Positions 28,826 to 37,971 of a stretch of 64,000 bases of DNA are shown one piece after another; the first letter of the stretch is position 1; each line of letters starts with the position of its first letter. Made by a program: the position numbers and the translations under genes. A model generated the notes under the pieces. That model was not told the DNA's origin, did no database searches, and worked only from the letters and a program-made list of their open reading frames with translations. Source of the stretch: a virus (taxonomy: Duplodnaviria; Caudoviricetes); the IMG/VR virus record IMGVR_UViG_3300043666_000001, positions 1 through 64,000 of that record; one strand, 5' to 3'.

Positions 28826-29209
28826 TCAAATAAAATCCGCCCATTCTCCAAGGAATGAGAAGGATGTTTTTGCTTCACTATTGACCGCGTGATTGCTAGA
28901 GTCACTCATGATGAACCCCTTGCTAATCAACTGCTCCCCACTAAGGGGGTTGATGATAGTGAGAACCACTACATTTGCGAAAAGCATATCATTGCCAATG
29001 CGCTTTACCTCAAATCCACCAGCAGGGATACCACTATCAACACTGATAGAGATGCTTGGAGAGCCTTGAGACACCCCCGCGAAGCCCTTTGCAACAGTAT
29101 CAACCCGTTGCAAACCAGGGTCACGGTTGATTGTGACACTTGCCTCTTCACTGAGAAGAGACCCCTCATAGGTTACCCAGAATTTAGAATATAGGGAAAA
29201 ATCACTCAT
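28826..29209 (-). CDS. Tail tube protein
   Basis: 127 aa directly after the sheath; beta-rich. Confidence 0.7.
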   Translation of the reverse strand: MSDFSLYSKFWVTYEGSLLSEEASVTINRDPGLQRVDTVAKGFAGVSQGSPSISISVDSGIPAGGFEVKRIGNDMLFANVVVLTIINPLSGEQLISKGFIMSDSSNHAVNSEAKTSFSFLGEWADFI

Positions 29210-30732
29210 TAGCCCACCTGGTCCACTTCATTGGCAGATTGCAGGAAGATATCAATTGTATTGAGGGGTATGCGAGAGCTCATCCTTGTTGCTGGATTTG
29301 TCTCACGTTGAACTACAATCCCTGCCCGGATTGCTGGAACATTCTGAAGTAGGTCATTTTTCTCATAAGTGCTGATGATATTGAAGATTGCACCCTTGAA
29401 GATTGTGGGTGTGACCACATCACTTCCAGGTGCACGACCACCCCTCGGTGGGTCATCAGAGATTTTTTTCCCACCAAACTGAGAATTGATGCTAGCCAGC
29501 AAATCATCCGAGAAAAAGTCACATATGGTCACCTTGTGACTATCACGAATTCTATAATCTTGCGTGCTGCCACTCAAGCTGCGAGTAGTGATGCGATTGA
29601 CCAAGTATGTGCTACCATTTTGGTTGCATCCGATTGGCGAAATACCATTGTTCAGCGCAGATTTGATATCATTGCGTGTGGGGAATGCGGTTTGGTCCCT
29701 GCTGGCTTTGATAACCCAGAACGCTGAGGTAACAGCATCATTCCCAAATCCACTAAAGTTACAGCGTGGGCTATCACCTTGGTCTTCAAAAAGACTAACC
29801 ACCGCGGCTTGATTTGCAGCGAGGTCACATGGGAGATGTGGGCCAGATTTCTCCCACACAATCTCTGCACGAGCGTTATTGATGCCAGTAGCGAGGGTAA
29901 TTGTATTCGCTAGAGTATCCCCACTGGCTGCAAAAGCCCTCTGTCGGATACCAACAATTGGTTGTGCCTGAAGTCCAACTTGTGTAGCAAGAGCTCCAAG
30001 TTGGGTTGCATCGTTAGCGGCACTGACAATACGGTAGTATTTGCTTGCAACAATGGTTGCAAGAGCTGTGACATTGCTATCAGCTGTTGTGCCAGAGGCA
30101 AAGGCAGTATCTGTTGTACCTGTGGTTGTGGTGGTGATACCACTTGTAAGTAAACACTGGTAGCGGATTTGATTCCCACGTGGACCAGGGATTTTAGCTG
30201 TGAGTAGAATAACCCCCGCGGTATTGTTCGCAGTGAATGGAAGCCAAGTCACCGCATTAAGCACCGCGCAAATATTGGTCGCAATAACTGTGACAGTATC
30301 ACCCGTTACAATGCCACAGTCATAGAAAGTTCCATCATAGAAGAAACGGAAGTTTCCATTACCTGTTGCAGTTCCACCCGCGATGGTGATTGTTGCAACG
30401 GCAGAGGAGCCTACAGAGGAGGTTACCGCGATGGCTCGGAGAGTTGTGGCCTGATTCACCGCCGTGAAGGAACGGAACATGATATGCAGCTCACTACCTG
30501 GACCAAACAGGTTGATAGCATCTTGCTCAGTCTGCAAGGGTACTTGAGTATCAGGGCCATAGACCACTGTATCTCGTGTTGCACTCCCCGCAGCAGAGGC
30601 ATTGCCCATAAGCAAAACCTCTCTTGGAGAGCTACTCCCCGCGCTCACACCTTGAGCAAAGTTTATCTGTAGATAATTACCAGGAACTGGGTCATTAGCC
30701 GCCAGACCTGTAAGAACAATACTAGCAGCCAT
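29209..30732 (-). CDS. Contractile tail sheath protein (Mu gpL-like)
   Basis: DPVPGNYLQINF, LFGPGSELHIM, TAKIPGPRGN, ALNNGISPI, LVNRITT. Confidence 0.9.
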   Translation of the reverse strand: MAASIVLTGLAANDPVPGNYLQINFAQGVSAGSSSPREVLLMGNASAAGSATRDTVVYGPDTQVPLQTEQDAINLFGPGSELHIMFRSFTAVNQATTLRAIAVTSSVGSSAVATITIAGGTATGNGNFRFFYDGTFYDCGIVTGDTVTVIATNICAVLNAVTWLPFTANNTAGVILLTAKIPGPRGNQIRYQCLLTSGITTTTTGTTDTAFASGTTADSNVTALATIVASKYYRIVSAANDATQLGALATQVGLQAQPIVGIRQRAFAASGDTLANTITLATGINNARAEIVWEKSGPHLPCDLAANQAAVVSLFEDQGDSPRCNFSGFGNDAVTSAFWVIKASRDQTAFPTRNDIKSALNNGISPIGCNQNGSTYLVNRITTRSLSGSTQDYRIRDSHKVTICDFFSDDLLASINSQFGGKKISDDPPRGGRAPGSDVVTPTIFKGAIFNIISTYEKNDLLQNVPAIRAGIVVQRETNPATRMSSRIPLNTIDIFLQSANEVDQVG

Positions 30733-31055
30733 TACTCAGACCCCTTGTCTTTTGGATATTCCCCAAAGCTGGGGTCAAATTTCACGCCGCAGTATTCAGC
30801 TGTTTCAAAGTCCGCGGCCCAGAGGTCACCATCCTTGACACTTCGCATGTACTCGTGATAGCTTGGGACCTCCACATCCCCATCAACCACACCAAATACA
30901 GCTTGTTGCCGTGATACACCCTCAAAGTCAGTGTATTTCTCCCCCTGAGACTTGTCTAAAAATCGACCAATAAACGCGCGCCGATGACCATTCATGGCAT
31001 CAATATCTGGAACCATGGCAGTTCCACGCGCCTTAACACGTAGTTTCATATTCAA
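30732..31055 (-). CDS. Hypothetical tail-region protein
   Basis: 107 aa immediately upstream of the sheath. Confidence 0.55.
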   Translation of the reverse strand: MNMKLRVKARGTAMVPDIDAMNGHRRAFIGRFLDKSQGEKYTDFEGVSRQQAVFGVVDGDVEVPSYHEYMRSVKDGDLWAADFETAEYCGVKFDPSFGEYPKDKGSE

Positions 31056-31070
31056 TCTTTCAGTAAGTGT

Positions 31071-31817
31071 TTATCCTACATCACTCGCGAATTGGACGAC
31101 ATCCAGTATTGTCGTGTTGGTTGGGTCATCTCTCAAATCTATATGGACATCTGCGCCAGAGTATTCCTGGAATGCCGAGGATACCCACCCTGCACGCTCA
31201 ACCAAATTAATGGTCCCCTGCCATGCCGGGAAATATAGTGTTTCCCCAGCACTGAAACCTGTATAACGGCCGTTTGCCAATCCAACCATATCCCACCCAC
31301 CCAGCTCACCAACACGCTGTCCTATAGTGCCTCCTGGCGGCGTATAGCTTGGGTCTGAACCCTCCTCCAGTCTCTCAAATATTACAGTGGAGATTCCATG
31401 GAGTAATGGTGTCAATCTCTCCGCCTGGGATGGGGTGAGAGGTGGTAAAACGTAGAGCACATTCACACTTGTTGCAACCCTGCGGTAAGTTGCAGATTTC
31501 TCACTAAAGAGGTCGTTGTCCCTGTAAATGGCAAAAAGAGGAAACCTAACCTGGTTTTGAGCAAGATATTGTGTGGGGTCATATGCAACCTTACTTGTCA
31601 CTATATTGGTGACAATATGTCCATCCACGCCCTTGAGGGATGATTTGGTTGCCTCAGCTGCAAATCTAGCACCCACATGCCGCACCAACATCGCAGACAG
31701 GTAATCCAGGAGGTAATAACTCCCTGGGTCTATATCCCTCAACGCTGAATTAGCAGTTGAGGGTGTGAGTGGATAGATTACCCCACCACTCGTAAATGTC
31801 CCATAATCTGTTGCCAT
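31071..31817 (-). CDS. Tail terminator/completion protein (putative)
   Basis: Position in the neck block; RFPLFAIYR. Confidence 0.55.
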   Translation of the reverse strand: MATDYGTFTSGGVIYPLTPSTANSALRDIDPGSYYLLDYLSAMLVRHVGARFAAEATKSSLKGVDGHIVTNIVTSKVAYDPTQYLAQNQVRFPLFAIYRDNDLFSEKSATYRRVATSVNVLYVLPPLTPSQAERLTPLLHGISTVIFERLEEGSDPSYTPPGGTIGQRVGELGGWDMVGLANGRYTGFSAGETLYFPAWQGTINLVERAGWVSSAFQEYSGADVHIDLRDDPTNTTILDVVQFASDVG

Positions 31818-32302
31818 TACTTTATTACAGCATTGATATAATGCTCTATTCCATATTCAAGGGTTTTCTGTGCCATATCCCTGGCGATGTTCATGAAAAA
31901 CCTAGGGTTTATTCCCCTTCTGCCGGTTTCTTTGAACATGTTTGCAACAGGGGTTGGGGAGAATAAGGTTCCAACAGGTGGGCTAATCTCAACTCTATTG
32001 TCACGTGTGCCCCAATTTAACCAGTTGGTTGCTCCACCCGCGACTATCATCATATTCTGTGGAGAGATGTTCACACCACGTATGCTGTCACGAGTGAATA
32101 ATCTCCTAGGCTTAACCCCATCATCAAATAGCTTGGTGGCTTTGGCGTCTTGAACCCCTGCGTCAACAGCAGCCTTCACCGCCTTATTGGCAGCCTCAGA
32201 GATGTCACGAGCGAAGTAATGCAGTGACTGGATGGTCTGGGTGGTGAATACCTGAATCTGCATCATCTGGCTTGCTCCCCAGTGGATTCCAGAAACAGCC
32301 AT
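31817..32302 (-). CDS. Neck protein, HK97 gp10-like (putative)
   Basis: ATNWLNWGT...GINPRFFMNIARD. Confidence 0.6.
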   Translation of the reverse strand: MAVSGIHWGASQMMQIQVFTTQTIQSLHYFARDISEAANKAVKAAVDAGVQDAKATKLFDDGVKPRRLFTRDSIRGVNISPQNMMIVAGGATNWLNWGTRDNRVEISPPVGTLFSPTPVANMFKETGRRGINPRFFMNIARDMAQKTLEYGIEHYINAVIK

Positions 32303-32727
32303 GAGCTGTAGTTTTGAATTGACTGGTCATTAAAGCGCTTGAACCACCTACCATCCCTTCCCATCCCCAACCCCTTGACCAAGAAAAACACCTCTTGTGG
32401 TTTGGAGCTAACCGGTGGGTCAAAGTCTGGATTATCCAAACCACCACCTGGGTATTTAGGTGTGAATGGCCCAAGCTTCAAGCTTGATTGAGTCAATAGC
32501 CCACCACTGGCCACAATATCCTTAGATGTAACCTGTCTTACACGGATATTTCTATCATGATTTATATACAGTCTGTGTGTGAAGGTGGTCTTAACACCTA
32601 TACCAACCACATCGCCACTCCATTGAACAATAACCATGTCAATGGTGTTTTGCCTCATATCATAGGCAGATTGAGGAATCCTTCGAATCCTATCAACCCT
32701 TGCCAAAAGACCAGTTCGAAAGCTCAT
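32263..32727 (-). CDS. Head-closure protein (putative)
   Basis: 154 aa; position in the neck block. Confidence 0.5.
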   Translation of the reverse strand: MSFRTGLLARVDRIRRIPQSAYDMRQNTIDMVIVQWSGDVVGIGVKTTFTHRLYINHDRNIRVRQVTSKDIVASGGLLTQSSLKLGPFTPKYPGGGLDNPDFDPPVSSKPQEVFFLVKGLGMGRDGRWFKRFNDQSIQNYSSWLFLESTGEQAR

Positions 32728-32996
32728 GTATTGTGCACCTAATGGTTATTCTGGATGAGAGACATCATCGTGAGTGAAAATGGCCTCTGAGCACTGGTAA
32801 ATTTGGCTCTAAAAAATAACTGTTGACAGGGAAATTTGGATGGTGTCTCTTAAGACTTACTTCGTAAATCTCTCCCTCTCAGATTCTTTCTCAGATTATC
32901 AGCACCTAATATCATCACCAACCGAACGGAGTGAGTGTTGTGATGGCCCTAGTGGCAACGATCAGGGTATCCCTCTGGTTCTTAAGGAAAGAACCA

Positions 32997-33878
32997 TCAG
33001 TAAACTGATAGACACCCACCACCTCGACGGTCATTAAGTCTGTAGATGCCAAGACACTGATAAAGCTCATCCCTCCAATACTCTATAAGGGCAAATGTCT
33101 GCTGAAGTGTATTCCCTGCCAGGGAAGCACCTGCACCACCTACAATACTTGGGCCAAAGAACTCAATCTCATCCACCTTCTTAATCCCTGCCCCATCAGC
33201 AGCTTGACCAAGATATCCCCCAAGTGTCCTTGCATTCCCACCCAATGGCTGTAGAGTTTGAAGGATTTGCAGGATGCCGCGAACAATGCTCTCCCCACCC
33301 TCAACTGTGACTTGGTAGGTTCCAGCATGACCCTTTGCCAAATACACCGTGATAGTGTTGCCACTTACCGCAATAACTTTGGTGCTCTCTTGCCTTGCAT
33401 CATCATCAACAATTACAGTGTCATTGATGTGAAATCCCACCGCGGAAGCGAGTGTAAGCACCACCTGCGCTGGGGGTTGAGGAATTGCAGTGACAATGGT
33501 GTTACTTGTAGTGCTAACACTTGTGGTTACATCCACGACAGGGTATGTTCCCGTATGCGGCAACTCAAGCAATACGGTTATGGTTGTGCCAAGAATAGCT
33601 TGAATGGTCACACTCTCAGCAAGCCCATCCACATCTACAATTACACTATCACCAACGTTGAAATTCAATGTGGAGACAAGGGTGAGAATTGTGGGTGTTG
33701 GGAGTGCACGTGGTGTGGGAACCTGTGTGCTACAGGTGGTCAACGCACCCCCAAGCATGAAGGGCTTTATCACCTGGGTAAAAATCGCCACCCACTGGAT
33801 GTACGGTTCTGCCCCTATATCCAGCTGAGAATACCCACCCTCAAACTTAATTCTTGCCACTTCCGCATCTGTTAACAT
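32997..33878 (-). CDS. Head-tail adaptor with two inserted beta-repeat domains
   Basis: MLTDAEVARIKFEGGY N-terminus, GIKKVDEIEFF and YWRDELYQCLG C-terminus; internal ~68-aa duplication. Confidence 0.65.
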   Translation of the reverse strand: MLTDAEVARIKFEGGYSQLDIGAEPYIQWVAIFTQVIKPFMLGGALTTCSTQVPTPRALPTPTILTLVSTLNFNVGDSVIVDVDGLAESVTIQAILGTTITVLLELPHTGTYPVVDVTTSVSTTSNTIVTAIPQPPAQVVLTLASAVGFHINDTVIVDDDARQESTKVIAVSGNTITVYLAKGHAGTYQVTVEGGESIVRGILQILQTLQPLGGNARTLGGYLGQAADGAGIKKVDEIEFFGPSIVGGAGASLAGNTLQQTFALIEYWRDELYQCLGIYRLNDRRGGGCLSVY

Positions 33879-34021
33879 GTAAATTCTCCTTGACCTGTAA
33901 GCTCATCACATGCCACACTGGAGGACATGAATTGTAAAAATATTGGATTAACATGCAATGTCGCTGCATGTTCCGGAGAAGCAAAAAAGTGGGCCAGGTG
34001 GTTCATATCTCAATATGAGGA

Positions 34022-34050
34022 TTGACTCTTTATCTATCTAGGTTTATGGT
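34022..34050 (+). promoter_or_regulatory. Antisense sigma70-type promoter, leaderless ATG at 34057
   Basis: TTGACT-N17-TATGGT, 6 nt, ATG. Confidence 0.55.
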
Positions 34051-34056
34051 AAGTGA

Positions 34057-34266
34057 ATGGACGACTTGACAGAATGTATGGTTGAGATTGCTGCTAAGGG
34101 AAAAGTACAGATATCTGTCACAGGCAATGGTGGGTATTTGGTGAGATTTACACCATATAACACGATTGACTCTGACAAATTCCTGACCGTTCGGGAGGAC
34201 AATTTGGAACTTGCGATGAACGTAATGGTGGAGAAGGTTAGAGGGCAAACTATTTTCACCCTCTAA
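34057..34266 (+). CDS. Small moron-like hypothetical protein, antisense to the late operon
   Basis: 69 aa in an otherwise empty gap, with its own promoter. Confidence 0.55.
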   Translation: MDDLTECMVEIAAKGKVQISVTGNGGYLVRFTPYNTIDSDKFLTVREDNLELAMNVMVEKVRGQTIFTL

Positions 34267-34280
34267 TCTTCACTCATTAC

Positions 34281-34697
34281 TCAGCCATCAAGGCTACGGG
34301 AAGTGCGTTGACTATAAGAGATGCTGTATAAATCACCGCTTGCACCAGTCGCGACACCAGTGACAATCACAGCCCTAGCCCAACGCCAGCCAAGGATACC
34401 CGCGGGGGCATCAATCGCTTTGGTGACAATTGCAGAGGTACCAGTAGCGAGAACCACTGAGGTCGCGTTGCTACTGCCAACAATATCAACCCAAACAGAG
34501 TTGTCATTGCTTACCTGCCACTTGACTGTAGCAGTTAGAGTTGCAGTTGCGGCGGTAAACGACACAAGTGCTGTAATGCTTTTGAGTTTAGTGCGAACAC
34601 TGTCACCGACATTGATAGAGCTGCCAGCGATAACGCTGCCACTAACCAGGCCATTGGCATTGCCAGTGACTGGAAAAACCGCATATTGAAGCGCCAT
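34281..34697 (-). CDS. Virion structural protein (head-associated)
   Basis: 138 aa Ala/Thr/Val-rich beta protein after the capsid gene. Confidence 0.55.
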   Translation of the reverse strand: MALQYAVFPVTGNANGLVSGSVIAGSSINVGDSVRTKLKSITALVSFTAATATLTATVKWQVSNDNSVWVDIVGSSNATSVVLATGTSAIVTKAIDAPAGILGWRWARAVIVTGVATGASGDLYSISYSQRTSRSLDG

Positions 34698-34723
34698 TTT
34701 CTATTATCCTTTAAATTATTATA

Positions 34724-35806
34724 TTAAGCGGAGCGAACACTTCGGATAAACCGAGAGTCCGCAAGACCAAAGGCAAGGTCGGCGAGCCAAATAACTTTGA
34801 CTTGCTCACCAAAGTTATCATCCGTTGTAGCTGCAATCTTCGGTGGCCGACCCATTCCACCCATGTATGCACTTGGAGCAAATGCAATCCCATGGTCCAC
34901 CGCAACAGACGAGCTGTTCAATGGAGACAGGAGGGTTGTGCACTCAAAGATGTGAAAATTACTAACCGTGCGGAAGTAATTGGGGAACAGGAGGTTGAAC
35001 TCTGGGTGATACGTGGACTGCTGCAAGGTCTCAGGGTCATGGAACAGCTGCTTGATTTGCTTTGGAGTGAGCGCAAGGCCCAGTTTCCCATCAGCAAATC
35101 GTGGCAAATTCTGTTCTGTCATGAGCTGCCATGTGCGAGAAATCTGCTCAAGTGTCAAGGGGAAGCTGCCGGCAGTGACAGCATCATTATCCGATGCCAT
35201 GGAGTCAGGGTAAATCGCGGCCCCTGCTTCAGAGAGGGTGATATACACCGCGTCAAGGAACTTGTGGAAATCTCGCATAAGCTGATTACCAACCTCGTCA
35301 CTCGCGGAGTGAACACCCATGTTGGCGTCAAAAGACTCAATCGCGAAGGGGGCTACTCGGCTATTAACCGAGTCATAGGGACCGCCATACCTGATGAGCG
35401 TAAGGGAGGTTTGCTCGGTCCCAAAGGTAATGGGCGTCGTCGAGATGGGGGTGCTTGTCATCACCTGGCGTGATGCCAGGGTGTAAGTTGTGTTCTGGTA
35501 AGCCGGGCGGTTAATACGGATTGTATTACCTGGGGTTTTACCAAAGTCACGGGAGATTGCCATGAGCTCACTTGGGAGACTACGGGCAAGCTCAAGCCTA
35601 TCAGCGTCATAATTGGTAAATGGAGCCCCAGCTTTGGGCGCCTGGCGACCATCAAGACCAATCCCCGCGGGCATTGGCAATGCTGTCCCTACAGCGTCAA
35701 GAAACCATCGGCCGAACAGATACTGTGGCTCTGGTTGTTTGAGCAGCTTCGCAACTGTAACATCATAGTAATTTTGGGGAATAGACCCACGAGAAAACGA
35801 AGGCAT
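34724..35806 (-). CDS. Major capsid protein
   Basis: 360 aa after the scaffold; GKTPGNTIRINRP, LALTPKQIKQL, GEQVKVIWLADLAFG. Confidence 0.8.
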   Translation of the reverse strand: MPSFSRGSIPQNYYDVTVAKLLKQPEPQYLFGRWFLDAVGTALPMPAGIGLDGRQAPKAGAPFTNYDADRLELARSLPSELMAISRDFGKTPGNTIRINRPAYQNTTYTLASRQVMTSTPISTTPITFGTEQTSLTLIRYGGPYDSVNSRVAPFAIESFDANMGVHSASDEVGNQLMRDFHKFLDAVYITLSEAGAAIYPDSMASDNDAVTAGSFPLTLEQISRTWQLMTEQNLPRFADGKLGLALTPKQIKQLFHDPETLQQSTYHPEFNLLFPNYFRTVSNFHIFECTTLLSPLNSSSVAVDHGIAFAPSAYMGGMGRPPKIAATTDDNFGEQVKVIWLADLAFGLADSRFIRSVRSA

Positions 35807-35868
35807 TTGTTATTTTATCCTAGTAATTTCAAGGGGATGTTCCCACTCGAATAAATGAGAGTCAAAAA

Positions 35869-36516
35869 TTATTCACCGTCTGGGTAAATCTCAGACTGGT
35901 ATTGCAATAGAAACCTACCTGCATAGATAGGGTTGGTCTCTTTCATGCGCTCATACTCTGCCTTGCGGTTGGTTGGACTTGTAACAGCCCCCGCGGGCAT
36001 GTCTTTGGACGAGGAGGTGTTAGCTACTGGTGGTTTGACAACTGCTTCTTTGGGTGCCTCAACTGGTGCAACCCATGTTGGAGCAAGTGCCTCAATGGTC
36101 TCCAACTGTGCAGCTGGGTCATTCTTAGCAATTGCCTTAACTGCAGCTTGTTGCTCTGGAGAAAGAGATGCCATTTTTGCACTAGCAAATGTCTTCAAGC
36201 TGGAGGCCAACTTCTCCCCATGTTCCTTGCTTGAGGCAAGTTGAGTGGCAAGCTCTTGAGCTTTCAACTCATGGGATTTATCAGCTTCCTTGCGGGTTTT
36301 AATCTCCTTCATGAAAGCTTTCGCCTCATCAAGGTTCTCAACACCCAGCTCTTTCAAAAGCTTGCGCTGCTCACGTTCAAGACGCTCCGCAACCCAGGCA
36401 TGGTCAGGTTCACCACTGGATTTTGCCTCAGCCTTTGGCTTTTCAGCCTTGACTTCAACCTCCTTGGTAGCTACAACCTCAGAGACAACCACTTCATTCT
36501 CAGTAGACATATTCAT
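35869..36516 (-). CDS. Capsid scaffolding protein
   Basis: AERLEREQRKLLKELGVENLDEAK coiled-coil; upstream of the capsid gene. Confidence 0.75.
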   Translation of the reverse strand: MNMSTENEVVVSEVVATKEVEVKAEKPKAEAKSSGEPDHAWVAERLEREQRKLLKELGVENLDEAKAFMKEIKTRKEADKSHELKAQELATQLASSKEHGEKLASSLKTFASAKMASLSPEQQAAVKAIAKNDPAAQLETIEALAPTWVAPVEAPKEAVVKPPVANTSSSKDMPAGAVTSPTNRKAEYERMKETNPIYAGRFLLQYQSEIYPDGE

Positions 36517-36584
36517 TCACCCATCTCGCCCAAATTAACCGCTTGGCGTCAACGTATTGGGAATTGTTAGAGAGTTAAAACCAA

Positions 36585-36965
36585 TTACGAGACTGTAACC
36601 ACAACCACAAGTCCCACAGGATTGAGGGTTGCAGTTGAGCTCGTCAACTCAGTTGTTCGGTCAACCGTGGTAAGATTAAACGTCAACGCATCTGTACTTA
36701 CAGTAGTGGCACCAATGTACACATTCTGGAGATTGCTATCAACACCAGGGAATGCACACACCGCACCACGGAGTGTGTAGGTTTTTCCACTGCGCGTATT
36801 GGCAGCAATAAGTGCACCCACACCTGTAACTGTCGCACTATCTGTGGAGCCAGTATACGCGGCGAAGTTGTAATCAATCAAGTAGACATGCTCAGTAACA
36901 CTCACACCAGTCGCGTTGCCACTGAGCAGTGTAACCCCTGTCGAGACACCAGTAATAAGAGACAT
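36585..36965 (-). CDS. Head decoration-like structural protein
   Basis: 126 aa Thr/Val-rich beta protein. Confidence 0.5.
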   Translation of the reverse strand: MSLITGVSTGVTLLSGNATGVSVTEHVYLIDYNFAAYTGSTDSATVTGVGALIAANTRSGKTYTLRGAVCAFPGVDSNLQNVYIGATTVSTDALTFNLTTVDRTTELTSSTATLNPVGLVVVVTVS

Positions 36966-36975
36966 TTATATAATC

Positions 36976-37371
36976 CTATTTGCTTTTGGCTGATTTAGCC
37001 TGTTTGAATTCATGTACAATTGCTAAGGGTTTCCCCGCAGCGTCCAAAAGACGAGTGAGCTCCAAGTGCTCTTTCTCTAACATCCTCAAGCGCTTAATCT
37101 CCCCCTCAAGCCACTTCTTTCTTTGCTTTGCCAGCTTGATGACATTGAATGTCTCTGCCTTGCAAATCTTAGTGGTCTCAATAACTGGAGAGAGATTTGC
37201 CGGGGAATGGATGATTGTGGTAGTGGGTGTAATCGCTACCTTAGCTGGAGTGTTAATTATCCCATTAGTTGAGAGATATTCCTCATACCCCTCAGCCTCC
37301 ATTCCAGTATCAACATCCCTAAACAGGGCCCCAGTGGTATCCATGCCACCCATAAACTGAATAGCGCCCAT
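36976..37371 (-). CDS. Hypothetical protein
   Basis: 131 aa with C-terminal coiled-coil. Confidence 0.5.
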   Translation of the reverse strand: MGAIQFMGGMDTTGALFRDVDTGMEAEGYEEYLSTNGIINTPAKVAITPTTTIIHSPANLSPVIETTKICKAETFNVIKLAKQRKKWLEGEIKRLRMLEKEHLELTRLLDAAGKPLAIVHEFKQAKSAKSK

Positions 37372-37838
37372 CAGGTAATCTCATCATATGCTGTGAAATA
37401 AAGTGTTTGAAGTGCGCCAAGGGTTGTTCCAGCACCCGCGTTCATGACAACCCTAACTGGTCCACCAGCAATGGCATCCACAAAACTACCAGCGGGAAGG
37501 CCAAGACTACCGGAGGTGCTATCGGTCCCATTACTTAGATTGGTGATTGAGTTCAATCTACTGCCACCATCTATCGTAAGATTGCATGCAACTCCACCCC
37601 CCGCGTTGATTTGAGGGAAATGCACCCAGTCAAACCACACATTGGGAGCAACATTCCTCTGCAAGACAATGTCCAAAACCCCACCAGTGGCGCCCACAAT
37701 AATTGCATCTATGACAATCTTGTCAGATGTACTCAACCACCCACCAGTAATAAGCTGGGTAGGTGCATTATAGATGGTAATCACATTGCTAGATGGAGAG
37801 GTGTACGTGTATGTATAGGTACCCCTTTTACTTCGCAT
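37371..37838 (-). CDS. Virion beta-sandwich protein (putative)
   Basis: 155 aa; LDIVLQRNVAPNVWFDWVHFPQI. Confidence 0.5.
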   Translation of the reverse strand: MRSKRGTYTYTYTSPSSNVITIYNAPTQLITGGWLSTSDKIVIDAIIVGATGGVLDIVLQRNVAPNVWFDWVHFPQINAGGGVACNLTIDGGSRLNSITNLSNGTDSTSGSLGLPAGSFVDAIAGGPVRVVMNAGAGTTLGALQTLYFTAYDEIT

Positions 37839-37971
37839 TGGTTCTCACCTTTTTATTCGGTGGTGTCTTCTCAACAGCAATACCCCAAGTGGCTTCACCA
37901 CACAGTGGGCATGTGTCATTCTCTGTAGGCTCAACAACTTGTGAGTCACAGGGCAAACATGTCTTACTCAT
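37828..37971 (-). CDS. 47-aa Zn-ribbon protein (not in track)
   Basis: MSKTCLPCDSQVVEPTENDTCPLCGE...; ATG overlaps the portal stop. Confidence 0.55.
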   Translation of the reverse strand: MSKTCLPCDSQVVEPTENDTCPLCGEATWGIAVEKTPPNKKVRTNAK

